Part shown: piece after piece, positions 35,940 through 48,200 of the stretch
How positions within the stretch are numbered: the first letter of the stretch is position 1
How the letters are laid out: each line of letters starts with the position of its first letter
Origin: a virus
Length of the DNA: 64,000 nucleotides
Strand: one strand, 5' to 3'
IMG/VR virus record: IMGVR_UViG_3300030098_004420
Coordinates: 1 to 64,000 of that record
The notes under the pieces: generated by a model
Seen by the model: the letters and a program-made list of their open reading frames with translations, nothing else
Database searches by the model: none
What the model was told of the DNA's origin: nothing
Translations under genes and position numbers: made by a program

Positions 35940-36998
35940 ATGACTGATAATAATACATATTTTGGTAAAAATGGATTACGTCCTTTTATAGGGAAGGTAG
36001 TTAAGTTTGATGCTCAGAGAGAATTAGTTTCTGGACAATCTTGGGGGTGGAGATATAAAGTTCGTATTGTAGGAGATTTCTCAGATAAAGATAGTGTTGA
36101 TGATGGAAAGGTTGTTACTGCTTCTGCACTTTTACCTACAACTAGTGGAACAGGCGGTGGAGGAAGAACTGCTCCTGTTAGATTAGCCCAGGGAGATATG
36201 GTATTGGGTGCATTTTTAGCACCTAATAATGGATTTCCTGTTATCTTAATGGCTTTTCCTAGAACAAAAATTACACCAAATGCCAATTCTAAGAAAGAAG
36301 ATCCTGATACTAAATTTGGAATTGAATCTGGATTTGTTGGAAAGATGATTAAAGGTTTGACCGAAGGTTATGAATTTTCAGGTCATGATGATATTATCAC
36401 ACCTATAATAGAAACCGTAGTAAAGAAAGGTGGAGGTGAGACAAAATCTACTCCTAAGGAAGAGTTGAATAATGTTAAGGGTGGGCAGGATGATGAAAAT
36501 GCTATTGGTGCAACTCCAGATCCAAAAACTCCATTAACAGATGAAGGTGAAGAAGTAATAAAAGGAGAGAATCGTCCAACTGTTGCAGAAAGACGAGCAG
36601 CTAGAAAAGAATTTGATAAGAGACTTGAACAACTTGATAACCAATATAATGGAGCAATTCCAGAATCAGAGTATGATAAAGCATTTGAAGAAACCTTAGG
36701 TAGAAAAAATAATCAAACAAATAATAGTGTAATTAAACAAATTGCTAAGGATAATAAACTTTCACCTGATATTGTTGTTGCAATTGTAGAAAGTGATGAT
36801 GATTCATATTCTGAGATAGCCAGAAAATTAAAATATGAGGCTGGAAAGGAACTTCAACTTTATGAATATGGGGAAAATGGTGAACCACCATTTAAATTAC
36901 CAAATGGTACGAAAAATCCAGAATGGGTTGAATGGAACAAAAAGGAAATGGAATTGATAAGAAATTCTCCTGATGGTACTTACCTCACATTACAGTAA
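35940..36998 (+). CDS. gp5-like baseplate spike, N-terminal OB-fold part
   Basis: FIGKVV...RYKVRIVG...LLPTTSGTG...GDMVLGAFL...PVILM. Confidence 0.7.
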   Translation: MTDNNTYFGKNGLRPFIGKVVKFDAQRELVSGQSWGWRYKVRIVGDFSDKDSVDDGKVVTASALLPTTSGTGGGGRTAPVRLAQGDMVLGAFLAPNNGFPVILMAFPRTKITPNANSKKEDPDTKFGIESGFVGKMIKGLTEGYEFSGHDDIITPIIETVVKKGGGETKSTPKEELNNVKGGQDDENAIGATPDPKTPLTDEGEEVIKGENRPTVAERRAARKEFDKRLEQLDNQYNGAIPESEYDKAFEETLGRKNNQTNNSVIKQIAKDNKLSPDIVVAIVESDDDSYSEIARKLKYEAGKELQLYEYGENGEPPFKLPNGTKNPEWVEWNKKEMELIRNSPDGTYLTLQ

Positions 36999-37023
36999 TA
37001 AATAAAGTACGGATAGAATTAAG

Positions 37024-39006
37024 ATGACTTCAAGTTATAGGCAAGACAAACAAGGTAACATTTATCAAGATACTAATGGTGGTGCTACTGAGGGTGGGAC
37101 AACAACATTATTGATGGGTGTTACTGTTGATGAGGGAACTGGTATTGGTGGTGATGGAGGAATAACCACAAAGATTTTTAATGAAACCTCAGAAATTCCT
37201 AAGTTTCCAAAAAATCCACCTGAACCTCACGAATTAACCAGACAACAACTTAAAGCATATAGAACTCTTATAAGAGATAATCCTCTTGATGAAGATTGGC
37301 AGAAAAAAATTAAAGATCTTAAAGATAGATATCCAAGACTTGCTAATGAGAAAGCTTTTTCAAGTGAACAAATAAATGGATTATCTGACGAAGATTATGA
37401 ATCTTATGTAAGTAGAATTTCCAAATATAATGCAGTAAATTTTGCTAATGTTCAACCAGTATCACCATCTACTGCAAAAGAGGTTCTTGCTGCAGATCAC
37501 TGTAAAGGTAACTTTATAGATGAGGTAGAAGTTCAATTAAATAATTTTATTGATTTAGTAAGTAGAGCACAACAATTTAATCTTGATCTTCCTGGCGAGA
37601 TAAAGGGTATATCAAAATTAATTGGTAAAGCATCCCAATCATTTGTTAGTGGTATTGCTAATGGTTTGGCAGATGGGATGATTGATTGGGTAAAAAATGG
37701 AATGGATAAGATTGCATCTGACATATTTGCTGCTTTCCCAAAATTTCAAAAAGCACTTCCTAAAGTTATTGGTGCACAATCTGCATTAATACCATTTGTC
37801 ACAAAAATGTTTGGGTCGGTAGATTGTCTTGTGAATAAGGTTACTAATGCCTTGACTGGTGCTGTTGAAGATATGTTGACTGGAATGATTAAGAATGTAC
37901 TGAATGGTCCTGCTTGTGCTATTAATCAATTTGTAGGTGCTATAACTGGTAAAATTGGTTCGTTAGTTGATAATTTTATTTCTCCTGTTACAGGTCCATT
38001 AAACAAAGTTCTTGGTGCAGCATTTAAAGTAAAGGATTTTGTTAGCAAGGGAGCTAGTCTATTAAATAAACTTCAAGATCCTTTTGGATGTAAAAAAAAG
38101 AAAGAAAAATGTGTTAATCCTAAGTATAAAATTGATGGTAATGGTATAAAAACTAAAAGTGATGCTGAACAGCAGAATGTATTGGATAGAGTATTTAAAG
38201 GTGGAAATGATGCTATGGATCAAGTAGATGAGAAAAAGGGTGGTCTTCTTGGTGGTGTTAAAAAGAATATAACTAATTTTGAAAAAGAGTATGGTCAATG
38301 GTCAATATTTGGATCTAAAGTTGGTGAAGCAGAAGATCATGGTCTTGGTACTAATTGTTATACTGGAAATGTATTTAAATGTGGTGCTCCTAAAGTAACA
38401 TTATTTGGTGGTAATGGAATTGGAGGTGCAGGAAAAATTCTTCTTGGAAAATTTGTAGATAATCTTGATGTAAATGATATCTATGGTGATATTGAAAGAA
38501 CTGCTAGTATTGTAGGTGTTGAAATAACTGATCCTGGTGAAGGATATACTGATGAACCACTTGTTTCATTTAGTGACAGTTGTGATAAGGGATATGGTGC
38601 TTATGGTCAAGCAGTTGTTGATAAAAATGTAAATTCTCCTACTTATGGACAAATTACAAATATTGTAATTCTAAGTGAAGGTGAAAATTATCCTGTAGAT
38701 CTTCCAGCAGAAACAAAACCAGTCTATATTAAGGAAATTATAGTTGAAAATCCAGGTAAAGGGTATGAAGATGCTGAAATTGAGGATGAGTGCTTAACTC
38801 TAAATGTTGTTGATGGTAGAATTAAGAGTATTGATGTTACTTGTCAGAAAGAATATAGCAGTATTCCTACAATAAAGATTAAAAATGCTGGATTTGGTGC
38901 TGTTCTTCGCCCTATTATGACAACAGAAAGACGTATAATTGAACAAGATCTTGTTCAGTCTATTGATTGTGTGGGTAAACCATTGCAACCAGAAAGAGGA
39001 AGTTAA
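37024..39006 (+). CDS. Baseplate hub protein resembling the central/C-terminal region of cyanophage gp5
   Basis: Helical Cys-containing region, then CGAPKVTLFGGNGIG, ITDPGEGY, IDCV. Confidence 0.6.
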   Translation: MTSSYRQDKQGNIYQDTNGGATEGGTTTLLMGVTVDEGTGIGGDGGITTKIFNETSEIPKFPKNPPEPHELTRQQLKAYRTLIRDNPLDEDWQKKIKDLKDRYPRLANEKAFSSEQINGLSDEDYESYVSRISKYNAVNFANVQPVSPSTAKEVLAADHCKGNFIDEVEVQLNNFIDLVSRAQQFNLDLPGEIKGISKLIGKASQSFVSGIANGLADGMIDWVKNGMDKIASDIFAAFPKFQKALPKVIGAQSALIPFVTKMFGSVDCLVNKVTNALTGAVEDMLTGMIKNVLNGPACAINQFVGAITGKIGSLVDNFISPVTGPLNKVLGAAFKVKDFVSKGASLLNKLQDPFGCKKKKEKCVNPKYKIDGNGIKTKSDAEQQNVLDRVFKGGNDAMDQVDEKKGGLLGGVKKNITNFEKEYGQWSIFGSKVGEAEDHGLGTNCYTGNVFKCGAPKVTLFGGNGIGGAGKILLGKFVDNLDVNDIYGDIERTASIVGVEITDPGEGYTDEPLVSFSDSCDKGYGAYGQAVVDKNVNSPTYGQITNIVILSEGENYPVDLPAETKPVYIKEIIVENPGKGYEDAEIEDECLTLNVVDGRIKSIDVTCQKEYSSIPTIKIKNAGFGAVLRPIMTTERRIIEQDLVQSIDCVGKPLQPERGS

Positions 39007-39009
39007 TAA

Positions 39010-39630
39010 GTGGCAAATCAAGAGAATCGCACTTGCGATGTACTAAATCAAAAATTAATTATTGAATCTGGATCAGAGGTTGTTGGATATGCTGGAAAGA
39101 CTGCATATATTATGGAATCTCGAACTGAAGATAATGTATTATATAATCAGAGTTTGCATGAAGGTAGTGGTTTATCCAGACAATATGCAGGTAAAACACT
39201 ACAGGTAGAGTGTGGTTTTCAAAATAAGGATGAGGAAATCAGTTATAGAATGATAACTCATCATGGAAGTTATGCTGTTAATGCTGATAAAGGTGCTATT
39301 TTACTTAAGGCTGATAATATTTGTTTGGAAGGTAATAATGTTACTATTAAAGCAAAAAATACAATAAATATCGGAAATCTTGATCGTACAACCGATCAAA
39401 TCAATCTTAATGCGAGAAAGATCCAAGTCTCACGTAATAATGGTAATTTGGGGGATTTTTTGAAAATTAGTGATAAGTATAAAGCATTTGCTAGTAGTTT
39501 TGTAAATAATAAGTTAGGTTCGATAGGAGCCTCTGCTCTTGGTGGAGGTGGTCTTAAAGGACTTGCTAAAACTGCTGCTACTGCATATGCTGGTCCTGCT
39601 GGTGGTTTGGCAGTTGATGCGTTACTATAG
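39010..39630 (+). CDS. Spike / beta-helix-like baseplate protein
   Basis: AILLKADNICLEGNNVTIKAKNTINIG beta-strand repeats after the gp5-like genes. Confidence 0.5.
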   Translation: MANQENRTCDVLNQKLIIESGSEVVGYAGKTAYIMESRTEDNVLYNQSLHEGSGLSRQYAGKTLQVECGFQNKDEEISYRMITHHGSYAVNADKGAILLKADNICLEGNNVTIKAKNTINIGNLDRTTDQINLNARKIQVSRNNGNLGDFLKISDKYKAFASSFVNNKLGSIGASALGGGGLKGLAKTAATAYAGPAGGLAVDALL

Positions 39631-39638
39631 GAGGATAT

Positions 39639-42600
39639 ATGACACAATTAAGTAATCAAAATACATGGGCTGGTCAATCAATATTTGAAGATGTTTATAT
39701 CTATGGAACCCTTCATTATGACTTTAAAGGTGATGCTGCTTTTAGAAATTTAGAATTAGATACCCTTAAAGTTCTAGGAAACTCAGAGTTTCTTGGTCTT
39801 ACTACGTTCTATGGTGATGTTGATATTAAGGCTAACTTAAATACAGAATATTTAACAGTTTTTCAGAGATTAGATGTTGGTGCTGGTGGAACAGTATTTA
39901 CGGGAATTAGTACAGGTGCTGGTCCAGAAGGTGGTAGAGTTGGTGTTGCAAATACAGAACCTTTAGGAAGATTTCAAGTTGGTGGTCCTAATACTACTGG
40001 TGTTGGTGGTGAAGTAGAATCTAAAACTTTTATAGTAACAAATGATGGAATAATTGGAATTGGAACTACAATTCCAGGTCGAGAAACAGCTCAGATGATT
40101 AGTGATCCTGTAAAACTTGATGTGCAGGGTAGTGTACGAATTAGTAAAAATATTTTTGACTCTGCTGAATCTCCAGGTGTAAATGGATATTATTTAAATC
40201 GAGATGTAGATGGAATTAGATGGGTTGAAGCATCTCCTTTGTCATTAGAAGGAATATTTGTTCAAGATGAAGGGGTATATCAACCAAATCCTGGAACTGC
40301 TAGAACATTCTCAACTTTAAATTTCTGGGGAACTAATAGTCTTGGTTTAGGTACTGATAATGTAACTGCTTTACCTGATATTGATAATCCTACTGCTATT
40401 GCAAGAATAGAGAATCGGGATTATTGGGGATACACAACACCAGGTGCTAATGATACTGCAATCTATAGGATGACTAAGGTTGGTATTAAGAATAATAATC
40501 CACTTTATGTTTTAGATGTTACTGGAAATTTTCAAGTTACTGCTGAAGCTCAAGTTGGTGGTGGTTTAAATGTAGATGGTGCAACTACTCTTAATAATAC
40601 ATTAGATGTTGATGGTGCTACAACTCTCAATAATACTTTAGATGTGGATGGAGTTGCTACTTTTAATGATACCACAGACTCTACATTGCCAGCAAATGGA
40701 TCTGTTCAAATAGATGGTGGTGTTGGTATTGTTAAGAGATTGAATGTAGGTGGTCAGACAATAATTTTAGATACAACAGAATCAGGTAGTAAAGATGGTG
40801 GTGCACTTGTAGTTGATGGTGGTGTTGGTATTGAAAAGAATTTAAATGTAGGTGGTAATGCTTTAGTTTCAGCAGGAACAGATGCGACTAGTAGTAGCAC
40901 AGGTGCATTAAGAGTAGTAGGTGGTGCTGGTATAGGTGAAGATTTGTTTGTTGGTGAAGATGCTGAAATTGAGGGAACTACTGGATCTACTTCTACTAAT
41001 TCAGGTGCACTTATAGTTCGTGGTGGTACTGGTATTGCACAGAATCTTTTTGTTGGAAATGATGTAAAAATTGAAGGAACTACAGAATCGAATGATAAAG
41101 ATACTGGTGCATTAATAGTTGATGGTGGTGTTGGTATTGAAAAGAAATTAAATGTAGGTAGTGATGCAAAAATTGATGGAACTACTCAATCCACGAGTAA
41201 AGATACTGGTGCATTAATAGTTGATGGTGGTGTTGGTATTGAGAAGGATGTTCATATTGGTGGAACTACTCAATCTGAAGATACAGATACTGGTGCACTT
41301 GTAGTTGGTGGTGGTGCTGGTATTGAGAAGAATGTTAATATTGGTGGTTCTATAACAGTAGCAGATACGACAGTATCAACCAGTTGTACAACTGGTTCTG
41401 CTGTTTTTGGTGGTGGTATTGGTGTTGGTGGAACGGTTTATATTTGTGGTGATGCGATAGTTGAAGGAACTACTCAATCAACTGATAAGGATACTGGTGC
41501 TCTTATAGTTGATGGTGGTGCTGGTATTGAGAAAAATCTTAATGTTGGTGAAGATGCAAAAATTATTGGTACTTTAGAGTTAGAAAACTCTATTATTGAT
41601 AAGTTAAACAGTGTTGGTTATGATGCTAGTCGTACAAAGAATGATTATAGATTATCTGCTGTAGGTAGTGGTGTATCATGGAGACCTTCTGGTGTAGATA
41701 CTGATAATGCGATTTGGGTTACTGTTGATGGTGATGATACTAATACTGGATTATTAGAAGGTGATGCAAAGAGAACTGTTGGTGCTGCTGCATCTATAGC
41801 AAAAGAAGGAGATACTATTATTATTCGTTCTGGTACTTATACTGAGAATAATCCAATTGGATTGAGAACAGATGTTTCAGTATCTGGTGAAGATTTAAGA
41901 CTTGTAACTATTATTCCTCAGAACAGAACTAAGGATGTATTCCATGTTAGAAGAGGATGTTTGATACAGAATCTTAACTTCTCTGGTCCTCAAGATGATG
42001 GACAAGGTGGAGTTTCATATAATCATCCTGGATGTGCAGCTGCTGCTTTCCCACCATTAGATACTCCTGCTGCTACTGGATATGCTCATACTGGTCCTGC
42101 TAATGAAGGTCCGTCTGGTAGGTGGAAATCTCCATATGTTAGAAACTGTACTAACTTTATGACTGGTAGTATTGGTATGAAGATAGATGGTAATCATGCT
42201 AATGCTGATTTTGGCGGTACTAATAATTTAGGACAAGACTTTAAATCATTTGTTTGTGATGCGTTTACACAATATAATCAGAATGGTATTGGTGTATCAC
42301 TTACAAACAATGCATATGCTCAGTTAGTTTCTATCTTTACTATTGGTTGTGACATAGCAATTTATTGTGATAGTGGTGGACAGTGTGATTTAACTAACTC
42401 TAACTCATCCTTTGGTAATGTTGGATTAAAGGCAGATGGAGTTGGTGCTGTAGAATTTACAGGTACAACAACAGGAAATGTAGCTGCAGATAATGATACT
42501 TTCCAAATTACTAATCTTACAGATGTTCAGGGAAGATATAGAAAACCTTTTGATGGACAGGGATTATTCTTTAAGATTAATCTTTCAGACTATCTTGATA

Positions 42601-43289
42601 TAACTGGAAGTGGAATTATAGAAGAACCAATGCAATTAATTCGATCTATCGAAGTTGTTAATGGTGGAGCTAATGGAGATTATAATTCAGCAGCACCTCC
42701 AATTATTACTGTTCCAAATCCATTAGGACCAGAATCTATTCAAGCAGAATTTTCTGCGAATGTGAGTGCTGCTGGAACAATTACATCTGTTGATGTTCTT
42801 GCCAGTGGTAGAAATTTCTTGCCAAATCAATCATTTGCAGTTAATATTTCTGGTACAGGTAGTGCACAACTTACGGCAAATACAGATCCTATTTTATATA
42901 CTGTAAGTCTTGCTACTCCACCAACAGATACTGTTGGATTAACCACAGTAACTTTTAATGAATTTGTTCCGTATAAGGTTAATAGTGGAGTTGATATTGA
43001 ACTCTTCAGAATTAGTCGTATTATTACCAGTTCTCATTCATTTGAATATATCGGTGCTGGTACAGATATAAATAAAGCGAACCCCTTCCAAGGTGGTGAA
43101 CCTATTACTGCAAATGAAGTTATTGCTATAAACGGAGGTCAAGTTCCATTTACTAGCACTGATCAAAAAGGTAATTTTAGAATTGGTGATGGATTAACAG
43201 TCGATCAAACAACTTCAACTATTCGAGGAAGAGACTTTAACAGAGCAATTCAAGCCCAATTAACACCATTAATACTAGCGTTGAGATAA
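39639..43289 (+). CDS. Virion structural / fibre protein with tandem repeats
   Basis: Repeated DTGALIVDGGVGIEK units, SPYVRNCT beta-helix region, TDQKGNFRIG C-terminus. Confidence 0.8.
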   Translation: MTQLSNQNTWAGQSIFEDVYIYGTLHYDFKGDAAFRNLELDTLKVLGNSEFLGLTTFYGDVDIKANLNTEYLTVFQRLDVGAGGTVFTGISTGAGPEGGRVGVANTEPLGRFQVGGPNTTGVGGEVESKTFIVTNDGIIGIGTTIPGRETAQMISDPVKLDVQGSVRISKNIFDSAESPGVNGYYLNRDVDGIRWVEASPLSLEGIFVQDEGVYQPNPGTARTFSTLNFWGTNSLGLGTDNVTALPDIDNPTAIARIENRDYWGYTTPGANDTAIYRMTKVGIKNNNPLYVLDVTGNFQVTAEAQVGGGLNVDGATTLNNTLDVDGATTLNNTLDVDGVATFNDTTDSTLPANGSVQIDGGVGIVKRLNVGGQTIILDTTESGSKDGGALVVDGGVGIEKNLNVGGNALVSAGTDATSSSTGALRVVGGAGIGEDLFVGEDAEIEGTTGSTSTNSGALIVRGGTGIAQNLFVGNDVKIEGTTESNDKDTGALIVDGGVGIEKKLNVGSDAKIDGTTQSTSKDTGALIVDGGVGIEKDVHIGGTTQSEDTDTGALVVGGGAGIEKNVNIGGSITVADTTVSTSCTTGSAVFGGGIGVGGTVYICGDAIVEGTTQSTDKDTGALIVDGGAGIEKNLNVGEDAKIIGTLELENSIIDKLNSVGYDASRTKNDYRLSAVGSGVSWRPSGVDTDNAIWVTVDGDDTNTGLLEGDAKRTVGAAASIAKEGDTIIIRSGTYTENNPIGLRTDVSVSGEDLRLVTIIPQNRTKDVFHVRRGCLIQNLNFSGPQDDGQGGVSYNHPGCAAAAFPPLDTPAATGYAHTGPANEGPSGRWKSPYVRNCTNFMTGSIGMKIDGNHANADFGGTNNLGQDFKSFVCDAFTQYNQNGIGVSLTNNAYAQLVSIFTIGCDIAIYCDSGGQCDLTNSNSSFGNVGLKADGVGAVEFTGTTTGNVAADNDTFQITNLTDVQGRYRKPFDGQGLFFKINLSDYLDITGSGIIEEPMQLIRSIEVVNGGANGDYNSAAPPIITVPNPLGPESIQAEFSANVSAAGTITSVDVLASGRNFLPNQSFAVNISGTGSAQLTANTDPILYTVSLATPPTDTVGLTTVTFNEFVPYKVNSGVDIELFRISRIITSSHSFEYIGAGTDINKANPFQGGEPITANEVIAINGGQVPFTSTDQKGNFRIGDGLTVDQTTSTIRGRDFNRAIQAQLTPLILALR

Positions 43290-43290
43290 T

Positions 43291-45228
43291 ATGGCAATAG
43301 CACCAGTAAATAAGTTTATATCAATCGTTGTACCTGTAGCACCAGGACAGCAGGAACTTTATCAGGTTCCAACAGGAACTTCTGCTCTAGTATTATATGT
43401 TCAAGTAGCAAATGTCGGTGTAGGTACATATCCAACAGTCACTTTAACTCAGAGAAGAGAATCAAGAAGTACAGGACTTACACGAGATGTAAGAGTCATA
43501 AAAGATATAGAAATACCACCAAATGATGCAGCAATTCTTGTTGATGGTAGAATGGTGTTGGAAAAAACACCCCTAGTTTTAGATCGTTTATTGGTTAGTG
43601 GAGTACAAAGTGGTTTAGCTACAATCACTGATGTTACTTATTGTGAACCATTAGGAATTGCTACAGTAACTACGATAGATAATCATGGATTTAGTGCAGG
43701 TGATCCGATTACTTTAGCTGGAATAGCATTTACTTGTGCTAATAATAATTCTGGTATCACAACTACAATTTTTCCAGATCCACAATCATCTTATGTTGTG
43801 GAAGCGGTTACTGATCCAAAGTATTTTTCTATTCGTGTTGGTTCTTCTAATGGTATAACTCATTTTTATAATGGTGCTCAACACAGTTATGTCAGGTCAG
43901 ACGTTAATTCAGTATTTGCTAATGGTAATGCAGTTTACTTTACTCCTACCAGTGGAAGTTATGATTCAGGAACAGGAGATTTAGAATTAAATATACCAGG
44001 TCATGGACTTTTTGCATCTGCAACATCACATACTCCAAACTGGGCATTCTATACTCCTTCATCAGGAATTATGACTGTTACCACGGCAACTGCTCATGGA
44101 TTTTCTACAAATAATGTTGTTAAATTTGATGATTATGCATTAGCATTTAAATGTGCAATGGATGGTAGTAGTTCTATAAAAAAATATCCAAGATCAACAG
44201 ATCCTATAAGTGGTAAGTGGAAAAAAATTACTGTAGGTACTACAACTTCATTTACAGTAGATGTAGGGAAAAGTAATCTTGTTAATTTTACACCTACTGC
44301 TGGTGAATATAATGGTGCTGTTGGTATTATGACTCTTACTATTGGTAGTCATAGTTTACCTGGTCCTACAACACATAGTCCAACTAATGCTGTTTATAAC
44401 CCTACAACAGGTGTTATGACAATTACTCTTGCTAATCATAATTTTATTAACGGAGATTTAATTAAAATTGATGATGATGCTATAGGTTTTACATGTACTC
44501 ATGGTTCTGGAACTAAGTATTATCCTAGATCAACTGACCCAATTTCTGAGAGATGGATTCCTATCACATATATTGATGCTAATAGTTTTAGTATTCAGGT
44601 CTTGGATTCTGCTCCCTCTACTAATACTACTACTCATACGTTTGTATCATGGACTGCAAGTACTTTAAGTAGAGCAACTACATCAGTTAAGATAGCAACA
44701 GAATCTATTAAATTTACTTGTGCACAAGATACACATGCATCTATAAAATCTTATCCAAGAGCAAGTGGTTGTACTGGACCTAATTGTGTTGGTGGAGCTG
44801 ATCCTTATTACAATAAACCTGTTCCTATTGTGGAAGCAGGTGACACAACAATTGCTTTAAATGTTGGTAGAACCACTTCTGGTGGTATTCATACATTCTC
44901 ATCTGCAGACGCTGATGCTATTGTTAGTGGTGGTGATTATGCTCATACTCCTGTTCCTGCTTCCTTTACTGCTAGTGGTATGAAGAGAGCAGCTGATTAT
45001 ATTGGTATTGCTACAGAATCAATAGTCTTTACTTGTAGTCAAGATGGAGATGCTACAGAGCATGGATATCCAAGAGCAAGTGATCCTGCTTATAATAGTA
45101 ATTTACCAATTATCGAAGGAGATACTAATAATATTACTGTAAATGTTGGTGTGAATACGAGTGGTGGACTTGTTGGACCACTTCAGATGGAATTTATCGC
45201 AAGTATTCTAGAGAATAGTAATGCCTAA
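43291..45228 (+). CDS. Virion structural protein
   Basis: Repeated FTC..D....YPR.TDP modules. Confidence 0.75.
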   Translation: MAIAPVNKFISIVVPVAPGQQELYQVPTGTSALVLYVQVANVGVGTYPTVTLTQRRESRSTGLTRDVRVIKDIEIPPNDAAILVDGRMVLEKTPLVLDRLLVSGVQSGLATITDVTYCEPLGIATVTTIDNHGFSAGDPITLAGIAFTCANNNSGITTTIFPDPQSSYVVEAVTDPKYFSIRVGSSNGITHFYNGAQHSYVRSDVNSVFANGNAVYFTPTSGSYDSGTGDLELNIPGHGLFASATSHTPNWAFYTPSSGIMTVTTATAHGFSTNNVVKFDDYALAFKCAMDGSSSIKKYPRSTDPISGKWKKITVGTTTSFTVDVGKSNLVNFTPTAGEYNGAVGIMTLTIGSHSLPGPTTHSPTNAVYNPTTGVMTITLANHNFINGDLIKIDDDAIGFTCTHGSGTKYYPRSTDPISERWIPITYIDANSFSIQVLDSAPSTNTTTHTFVSWTASTLSRATTSVKIATESIKFTCAQDTHASIKSYPRASGCTGPNCVGGADPYYNKPVPIVEAGDTTIALNVGRTTSGGIHTFSSADADAIVSGGDYAHTPVPASFTASGMKRAADYIGIATESIVFTCSQDGDATEHGYPRASDPAYNSNLPIIEGDTNNITVNVGVNTSGGLVGPLQMEFIASILENSNA

Positions 45229-48200
45229 GTATCTTAGTGGTAGAGTAAAAAGAACACCTCAGAGTGCTTTAACGGATGATAGATATCAATATCTTGGATT
45301 AGAGCAAGCTGAACCTAATATTGGTGATCCTACAACTTCTTTACCTGCTGTTCCTGTAGGTCAACAATATCAACTAGTTTCTCTTGTAAATTATCCAGGA
45401 GAAAGATATTGGGTTACAAAAAGTGGTGGTATAATACCTGGTGCTATTAGTTTATATGATGAAGGAAGTCTTGTAGGAACTGCTGACAGTATTACTCAAG
45501 TTGACTTTCGAGGAAATGCGATAAATGTAGTTGCTGATCCTTATGTTGATGGTGTATCTACAGGTGTTGCTGGAACTGTTACTGTTAGACCTCCTGGTGA
45601 TAATGGGAGTGTTTTATTTAAAAGTTCTGATGATTTTGCTACGTCAGCAAATTTAGTATTTGATACTACTGTTGGTATTCTTACGGTAGGTAAAGGATTA
45701 GATATAGGAATAGGTGGAACTTTCTTTACAGTATCTCCTGGAACTGGATATGCTGGTATATTAACTGCTGCTCCCACACAAGAATTGCATGTTCTTGGTA
45801 ATTTTAGATTAGAAGAACATCTTTATGATTATAGTAATAGTAAAGGTACTCAAGGTAATATTTTAAGTAGAGGTGCTACAGGTGTTGAATGGATAGCACA
45901 ATCTTCAGTTATATCAGGTGCTGGTGGAACAATATATGAAATGCAATATCACAGTACTGCTGGTACTGTTGGTGGTGCTGATAATTTTGTTTATCGTGCA
46001 GATACAAATCGTGTTGGTATAGGAAGTACACAACCAAGAGTTTTATTGGATGTTGTAGGTGTATCTTCATTTACAGGGGATGTTAGGGTTGATGGTGCTA
46101 TTGATGGTAGTACTTTGTATATCACTGGTATTAGCACATTCCTTAATGTTATTAATGCAGATGGTGGTATAACTGCAAACACTGCAAAAGTTACTGATCT
46201 TACAAGTGGACGGGTTGTTACTGTAGGAACGGGTGGAGAGTTAAAAGATAGTGCTAACTTAACTTATGATGATTATACTCTAAGCAGTCAAGGAGTAAAT
46301 GTTTCTGGAACTACTACAACGGTAGGATTAAAGGCTAGTGGTGTTGGTACTATATCTAACATTGAGATTGGTAAAGTTGATAGTACTACTATTGATACAA
46401 TAGCAGGTGATCTTAAATTAGAATCTGCTGGTGGATCAGTAGATATATCAGCTTCTACTACATTTGAAGTTTTAAATGTAACTGACTCTTGGAGTGTAGA
46501 TACTGGTGCTGTTACAGTAGATGGTGGTGTTGGAATTAATAAGAATGTAAATATCGGTGGATCAATTACTGTATCTGGTCTTTCTACTTTTACTGGTATA
46601 GGAACTTTTGGTGATGATCTTTATGTTGAGGGTGATTTATATGTTAAGGGTGCCCAGATTTTAGAAGAAGGTAATTTCCAGAGACTTATTGTAAGTCCAG
46701 GAATTTCAACGTTTAAAGGAGATGTACAACTTCATGGTGTTAATGGTATAACATCAGCTTATTGGGATAAGTCTGATAATGCACTTAAGTTTATTGATGA
46801 TACAAAAGCTATATTTGGTACTAGTGAAGATCTTCAGATATATTATACAGATGGTGATGGATCTAATGAGGGTAGTGTATTCAAACACACAGGACCACAT
46901 GATATGCGGTTCCAAGTACCTACAGGTAGTCATGATATAGTATTTGAAACTACTAGTGGTGCTAATTTAGCAGTATATAATGCTGATGGAGCTGTAGATT
47001 TATATTATAGAGGAGGTACTGGTGCTGGTAGGAAATTTGAAACTACTTCACATGGAGCTAAAATAACAGGAATTTTAACTGTTACTCAAAATGTAGAGGC
47101 TGTAGATGGTATTCTTTCAGGTATTTTAACTGTAAGTGATGTTTCATACTTAAATGCGAATGTAGTTTTAGGTGATGCAGATACTGATAATATAACTGTT
47201 GTTGGTAGAGTAGATTCTAATATTGTTCCTGATGCTGACAATACCTATGATTTAGGTACTGATGTTCTTAGATGGAGAACGGGTTATTTTCAAACAATTT
47301 CAGGTTTAACAAATCTCGATGTTAATTACCTATATGTCTCTGGCATTGCAACTTTTAAAGATGATGTACAGTTTCATGGTGCTAATGGTATAACATCAGC
47401 TTTCTGGGATAAGTCTGCTAATCGACTTAAGTTTAATGATGAATCATATGCTAGTTTCGGAACAGGAAATGATTTAAAAATATATCATACTAATACACTT
47501 AGGGATCAAAATGATTCTAATGGAGATTCAATTGTTGATGGTAGAACCTCATTAATTGAAGAGGTAGGACCAGGTGGATTAATATTTAAGTCAAATGGTG
47601 GTGATGGACCAGGAGCATATCAATTCTTTGATCAAGATTGGCGTAACTTATTAAAATTGCATGGTGGTAATAATGCAAGAGCAGTTATCTATAGTCAGGG
47701 TAATCCACGTATAGAAACAACTGGCGTTGGTGCTACTTTCTATGGTAATGTTGGTATCAATTCACTGACTGTATCAGGAATTGCTACCTTTGCAAGTGCA
47801 GTTCATGATAGTACTGGGAGTGCTGGAAATAGTGGATGGATTTTAAGTTCATTAGGTGCTTCTGGAACACAATGGATAGACACAGGAACTGTATCAGTAG
47901 AAAATGCAGAGAAGGTTAGAGTTAATTCTAAGAGTGATGATAATACTTATCATATAACATTCGTTGATGATACATCAACAGCTTATCAAGGAATTAATGT
48001 TGATAATGATAGTTTAACTTGGAATGCATCAACTAATTTATTAACTGCTCAAAAGTTAAAAGTACAATCAATAGAAGAATGGGCTAGTGTTGATACTGGA
48101 GCAAATGAGCAGGTTATAACAGCAGATGGTACTGGTGGATGGACATGGAAAGATAATACAAGTGGTGGTATTGGTACAGTATTTGTAAAACAATTCTCAG

